This document shows, piece after piece, positions 60,587 to 64,000 of a stretch of 64,000 bases of DNA. The notes beneath the pieces are model-generated. The model was not told where the DNA came from and made no database searches. It was given only the letters and a program-made list of their open reading frames with translations. Made by a program: the position numbers and the translations under genes. The stretch's first letter is position 1; each line of letters opens with the position of its first letter. The stretch is from Bugula neritina (lineage: Eukaryota; Animalia; Bryozoa): assembly GCA_964035545.1 (NCBI GenBank), contig OZ037768.1:17715700-17779699 (forward strand). The letters run 5' to 3'.

Positions 60587-63026
60587 TATATATATATATA
60601 TTGTATTATCTAACCTAATGCTTCCACCACCTCAGCCAGGTTGTCTATCAGACGTTCTGCAGTGTAGTTGGTAAGTTCACTAGGCTTATCACTGTCAGCA
60701 TAGCCAGGAAGGTTTATGGCTACAACCCTGCATAATCACACAACTCAAGATTCTAATGTGGCTCATTTTACTTAATTTAGTACACACTCGGAGTCTCCAG
60801 TTTTTCGCTATTTTTCACAATTTAGCTGCTAATCTATACGGGCTTTTGCACAAACTAAGAAAATATCAATAAATACAAATAAATAATCAATGTTATTTTT
60901 AATTTCGCTTGATTTCCTATGTTTTTTCTTAACTATTTAGTTAATTTGGATTTTTTTGTTACCATCCGCAAATCCAAATTAGCTAAATGATTAGATAAAA
61001 CATGGGAAATTAACCACGATTAACCATAACCTTGATTATTTAGTTGTATTCATTAATATTTAATTAGTTTTGAGCGAAACCCACATAGATTAGCAGCTAA
61101 ATTGTGAAAAATAGCTAAAAACTGGAGATTTCAAGTGTGTACTAAATTAAGTAAAATGACCCATGTGCTTAATATTATTAAGCACATTATATTTCAAATC
61201 ACCAGTGATCAAACAAATATAACATGGGAAACTGTATGACAGCTGAAGGTATAACATTTTGTTCAATAGCATTTGAACATTGATAATTTACCAGTATTTT
61301 GAAGAAAATTCCTTCAACTGAAACCTCCAGGAATACCAGCATTCAGGGAATCCATGGACGCATAGCATAAGTGGATTACCTCTCTTTCCATTAGCTACAT
61401 ATGTTATTTTCAGTTTCTAAAATCAAGCTGCATATAAATATGGTGGTATTGAATATTATAAAACAATATTAAAGTTGATAAAGATTAAAAGTTAAAATAA
61501 AAAGAAAATTGCATATATTGTAAACTTTTGAAAATTTGAAAATATGCAGCTAATTAGTGTGAGCATGCATCAAGTACCTGGTATAATCAATGTCAAGAGT
61601 TTTTTTATCGAAATCTCATTACGTTTATACTTTTTAATAATTATAACAATGTTTACGTTGGCCTACAGTTATACTTATTGTTCAATATTGTATAAGTGAT
61701 AAAACTGAAAAAAAAATAGAATCTTTAGTCTCCATAAGCAAATCTTGTAAATCTAATTATTGTATTTATAAATTGCTGTCTTAACTCAACCACAACACAT
61801 AGTGAGAGTGTATACTGGTTGTCTATGCCTTCCTAATATATTAAAAAAACAATATAACAAGTTGCCTATCCTATAGGCAACATGTTGAACTCTTTGCAAT
61901 TTGATGCTTTTATCTCTATAAGCTTGTGTACCATTATGTTGTTAACCTATATAAGAGTTACGAATTTTCAATTGACTTCTGCCTCAAATGATTTAGCTAA
62001 AAGTTAGAGTGTTAGACCATGCAAGTAAATAACTCCATTTTATGATAAGTAGCTAAAGTTGATACTCTACAGATTTATCAGTAATATTTACCGGAGCAAA
62101 TAAAACAGAGTTAATACAACAACTACTTTCTCTAAGATTAACCATATTGGTGCAGCTGAAAAATCAATATCAGCCCTGAACATCTTTACTTTGCCCAATC
62201 ACCATCACAAAACATAATCCTAACTCACACTCACTATCCTTATTATAAGACAAGGGTTTCTATTATACTTTAATATGTGGCATTAAAATGTAATAAAAAA
62301 TCAACTAAAAGCAAATGCTTAATCTATTACATCATATGTAGATCACTATCATAATCAGTGACATGACAATTTATTACTAACTACTATTATTAAATATTAC
62401 TATGAGAGTTAGTGTTAGTGAGACTAAAGGTAAATGCAAGCATCATCAGTATTAGTAAGGGAGTATCACCGACTGTAATGTTTATTAGTTATTAGTTTCA
62501 CAGCTACTTTAAGCTTAAAGTTTAATTTTATAGCATGTGTATTTTGATTTCTATAACTTTGAGTATTAAGTAACTATTAACTAATACTAATAGTAATAAT
62601 TATACTACTCACTCTCAGTACTGATTACTCTGTCTATTTTTAGTTTTACTAGCATCAATGTAACTGTAAGGTGAAATAAATCAATAATTACCAGTGTAAT
62701 TAGGGTTAGTATTAACAGTATGCATATAAAATGAAGCACAATTTAGTCTGAAAGAATATATTTTAGTTGACCAATTTGAATTACTATTAGTATTACTATT
62801 ACTATTAGTGAACTTCAATTCTTACCGAGTGTTGAAGCGTTACATTGCCATGGACACCTAAGTTAGGATCATTTGCATTTTTGGGGATATCATTCCAGTT
62901 ACCTTTTTTAAAAAAATTGTATGGCGACTTAATAAATACCAGAAGCAACAAGCCAATTCCTTTTATACTCCACAGTAATACAGAAACCTTGAAAAAGAAG
63001 TAGGTAGCAAGCTCTTTGACGCCCAT
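56901..63026 (-). CDS. Epoxide hydrolase 3/4-like alpha/beta hydrolase, paralogue B
   Basis: Six exons with the same intron positions as paralogue A (~62826-63026, ~61293-61416, ~60615-60727, ~59908-60073, ~57943-58109, 56901-57169). VHGFPECWYSWRFQL, INLPGYADSDKP, VAHDWGG, SWYMFFFQLPWLPE, LNYYRAN, IWGTED, ASHWVQQDNPEEVN. Confidence 0.92.
59612..59798 (-). mobile_element. tRNA-derived SINE, copy 3 (internally deleted head)
   Basis: Reverse-complement homologue of the 29690 copy (ggagcagccgtggtgtag..cattggtgatgttaggaagagcatcc..gactataaacttgtgtgagtt). Flanked by a 19-bp TSD ctcttattcaa(g/a)tatataa at 59593-59611 and 59799-59817. Confidence 0.88.
60278..60364. repeat. (TA)n microsatellite
   Basis: Pure TA run, which generates the spurious YIYI ORFs. 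Confidence 0.98.
60548..60601. repeat. Interrupted (TA)n microsatellite
   Basis: TA run with one interruption. Confidence 0.95.
60760..61162. mobile_element. MITE, family A copy 2 (long palindrome, Sola2-like termini)
   Basis: Long TIRs ggctcattttacttaatttagtacacact..ttttcacaatttagctgctaatctat / atagattagcagctaaattgtgaaaa..gtgtactaaattaagtaaaatgaccc with 4-bp TSD ATGT on both sides. Homologous to 10466-10777. Confidence 0.87.
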
Positions 63027-63416
63027 TTTTGCTTGCAGATCAAAGTTGAAAATCACTTGAAACAGCACTGAGTTGGAGGTGACTGAGTGCAGTGGTTGGA
63101 TCGCGATTTTACAGTTGGGGTTTGGAAGTCACACAACGGTATCCAAACGCTGTCATCGGTCACGCCTACCTACACTCACACTAATTGGTGCTGTTTAAAG
63201 CGATTATACATTAACACGGTCATTCAACGTTATTTCGTTAAAGTGGTTGCGCGACCACAAAACTGTTCAAAATAGTAATCTTGACAAATGTTTTACAGAG
63301 AGGAAGCAACTCTATAGCAGAACCTTTATAACGTATACATTGTAACTAAATATTATAGAACATCCGTGTTCGCGCAATCACCCAATTTCTCGAGAATTAG
63401 TATAGTGAGAATCAGA
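63027..63416. promoter_or_regulatory. Putative bidirectional promoter between EPHX paralogue B and transportin
   Basis: Only 390 bp separate the divergent ATGs. The interval is locally CpG-enriched (gatcgcgat, ttgcgcga, ttcgcgc) and contains tctcgaga and CCAAT. Confidence 0.6.
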
Positions 63417-63521
63417 ATGGCGACAATGTGGGCACCCAAAGAAGACGGCTTGAGGCAGATAATAGAACTTTTAAAAGAATCGCAATCTTCTGACACAGCT
63501 GTGCAAAGACAAGTTCAACAG
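63417..63521 (+). CDS. TNPO1: Transportin-1/2 (importin beta-2), first coding exon; gene continues beyond the window
   Basis: [35 protein letters not shown]|gtaaat matches the transportin N-terminus (W.P.E.GL.QIL.LLKESQSPDT..QR.VQQ). Too short to appear in the ORF track. Confidence 0.92.
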
Positions 63522-64000
63522 GTAAATTTATAAGCATGCAAAAAAAGTAGACAACAGGGAATATAAATTGACATTTTGATTTTGCATTATCAGTATGAGT
63601 ACGGGTACCGGTGAGTACGTTTTATTTCGTCTAAGACTAGTCTAGTGACTAGTGAGTGCGGTTTACACAAAATCTAACCCTTGTAGTGGTCAAACTCGCA
63701 GTCCCGGTTCGACTCTCAGTTTCACTCAGTGTCATAGTGTGAGTGTCACTGTCAAGGACAAACTGAAAGTGAAACTCACTCTCAATGAATTCCATGCCAG
63801 TAATGAGTAAACTAAACATCATGATCATACCCATGCTGAACGGCTAAACCTGATTCTTAGATTCAGTTCCACTTTAAGTTTATGGTGATGCTCATTCAAA
63901 TTAAATTCAATATGATTATGATCATGATGATAATGATAGTGGTACTGGTATGTTGTTTTGATATAATAATGATATAAATAAATTATTAAATATAATGATA

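Noticed and set aside
62700-62709. TTAGGGTTAG (minus strand CTAACCCTAA), identical to a metazoan telomerase RNA template, about 12 kb from TERT
   Set aside because: A single 10-mer is plausible by chance in 64 kb. It lies in low-complexity AT-rich intron sequence with no visible pseudoknot, CR4/5 or H/ACA domain.

Overview
AT-rich, intron-rich animal genomic DNA. The gene content and TE types point to a compact invertebrate genome, probably lophotrochozoan (inference). It is not prokaryotic, and most six-frame ORFs are single exons or noise. Manual splicing resolves nine protein-coding genes in order: TMEM170 (+), MALT1 paracaspase (-), RPL13 (+), a Shaw/Kv3-type potassium channel (+), ARIH2/TRIAD1 RBR ligase (-), telomerase reverse transcriptase TERT (-), two tandem EPHX3/4-like epoxide hydrolases (-), and the first coding exon of transportin (TNPO1/2, +). 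Introns hold a dead Tc1 transposon, several MITEs, three copies of a tRNA-derived SINE, and micro/minisatellites. Main observations: (1) TERT keeps its catalytic aspartates but changes normally near-invariant residues in motifs 1, C and E; it also has two CACGTG E-boxes at its putative 5' end and a copy of one of its own exon/intron junctions just past the stop. (2) An ARIH2 minisatellite consists of about 10 tandem copies of a 5' splice site. (3) MALT1 appears to have only one N-terminal Ig domain. (4) The Shaw channel has TVP in place of the S6 PVP gate. (5) One EPHX paralogue has lost a lid tyrosine. (6) A cryptic low-complexity signature recurs in promoter-proximal introns. I found no clear new multi-gene system. 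Exon coordinates were read by eye and may be a few bases off; family comparisons are from memory, not database searches.
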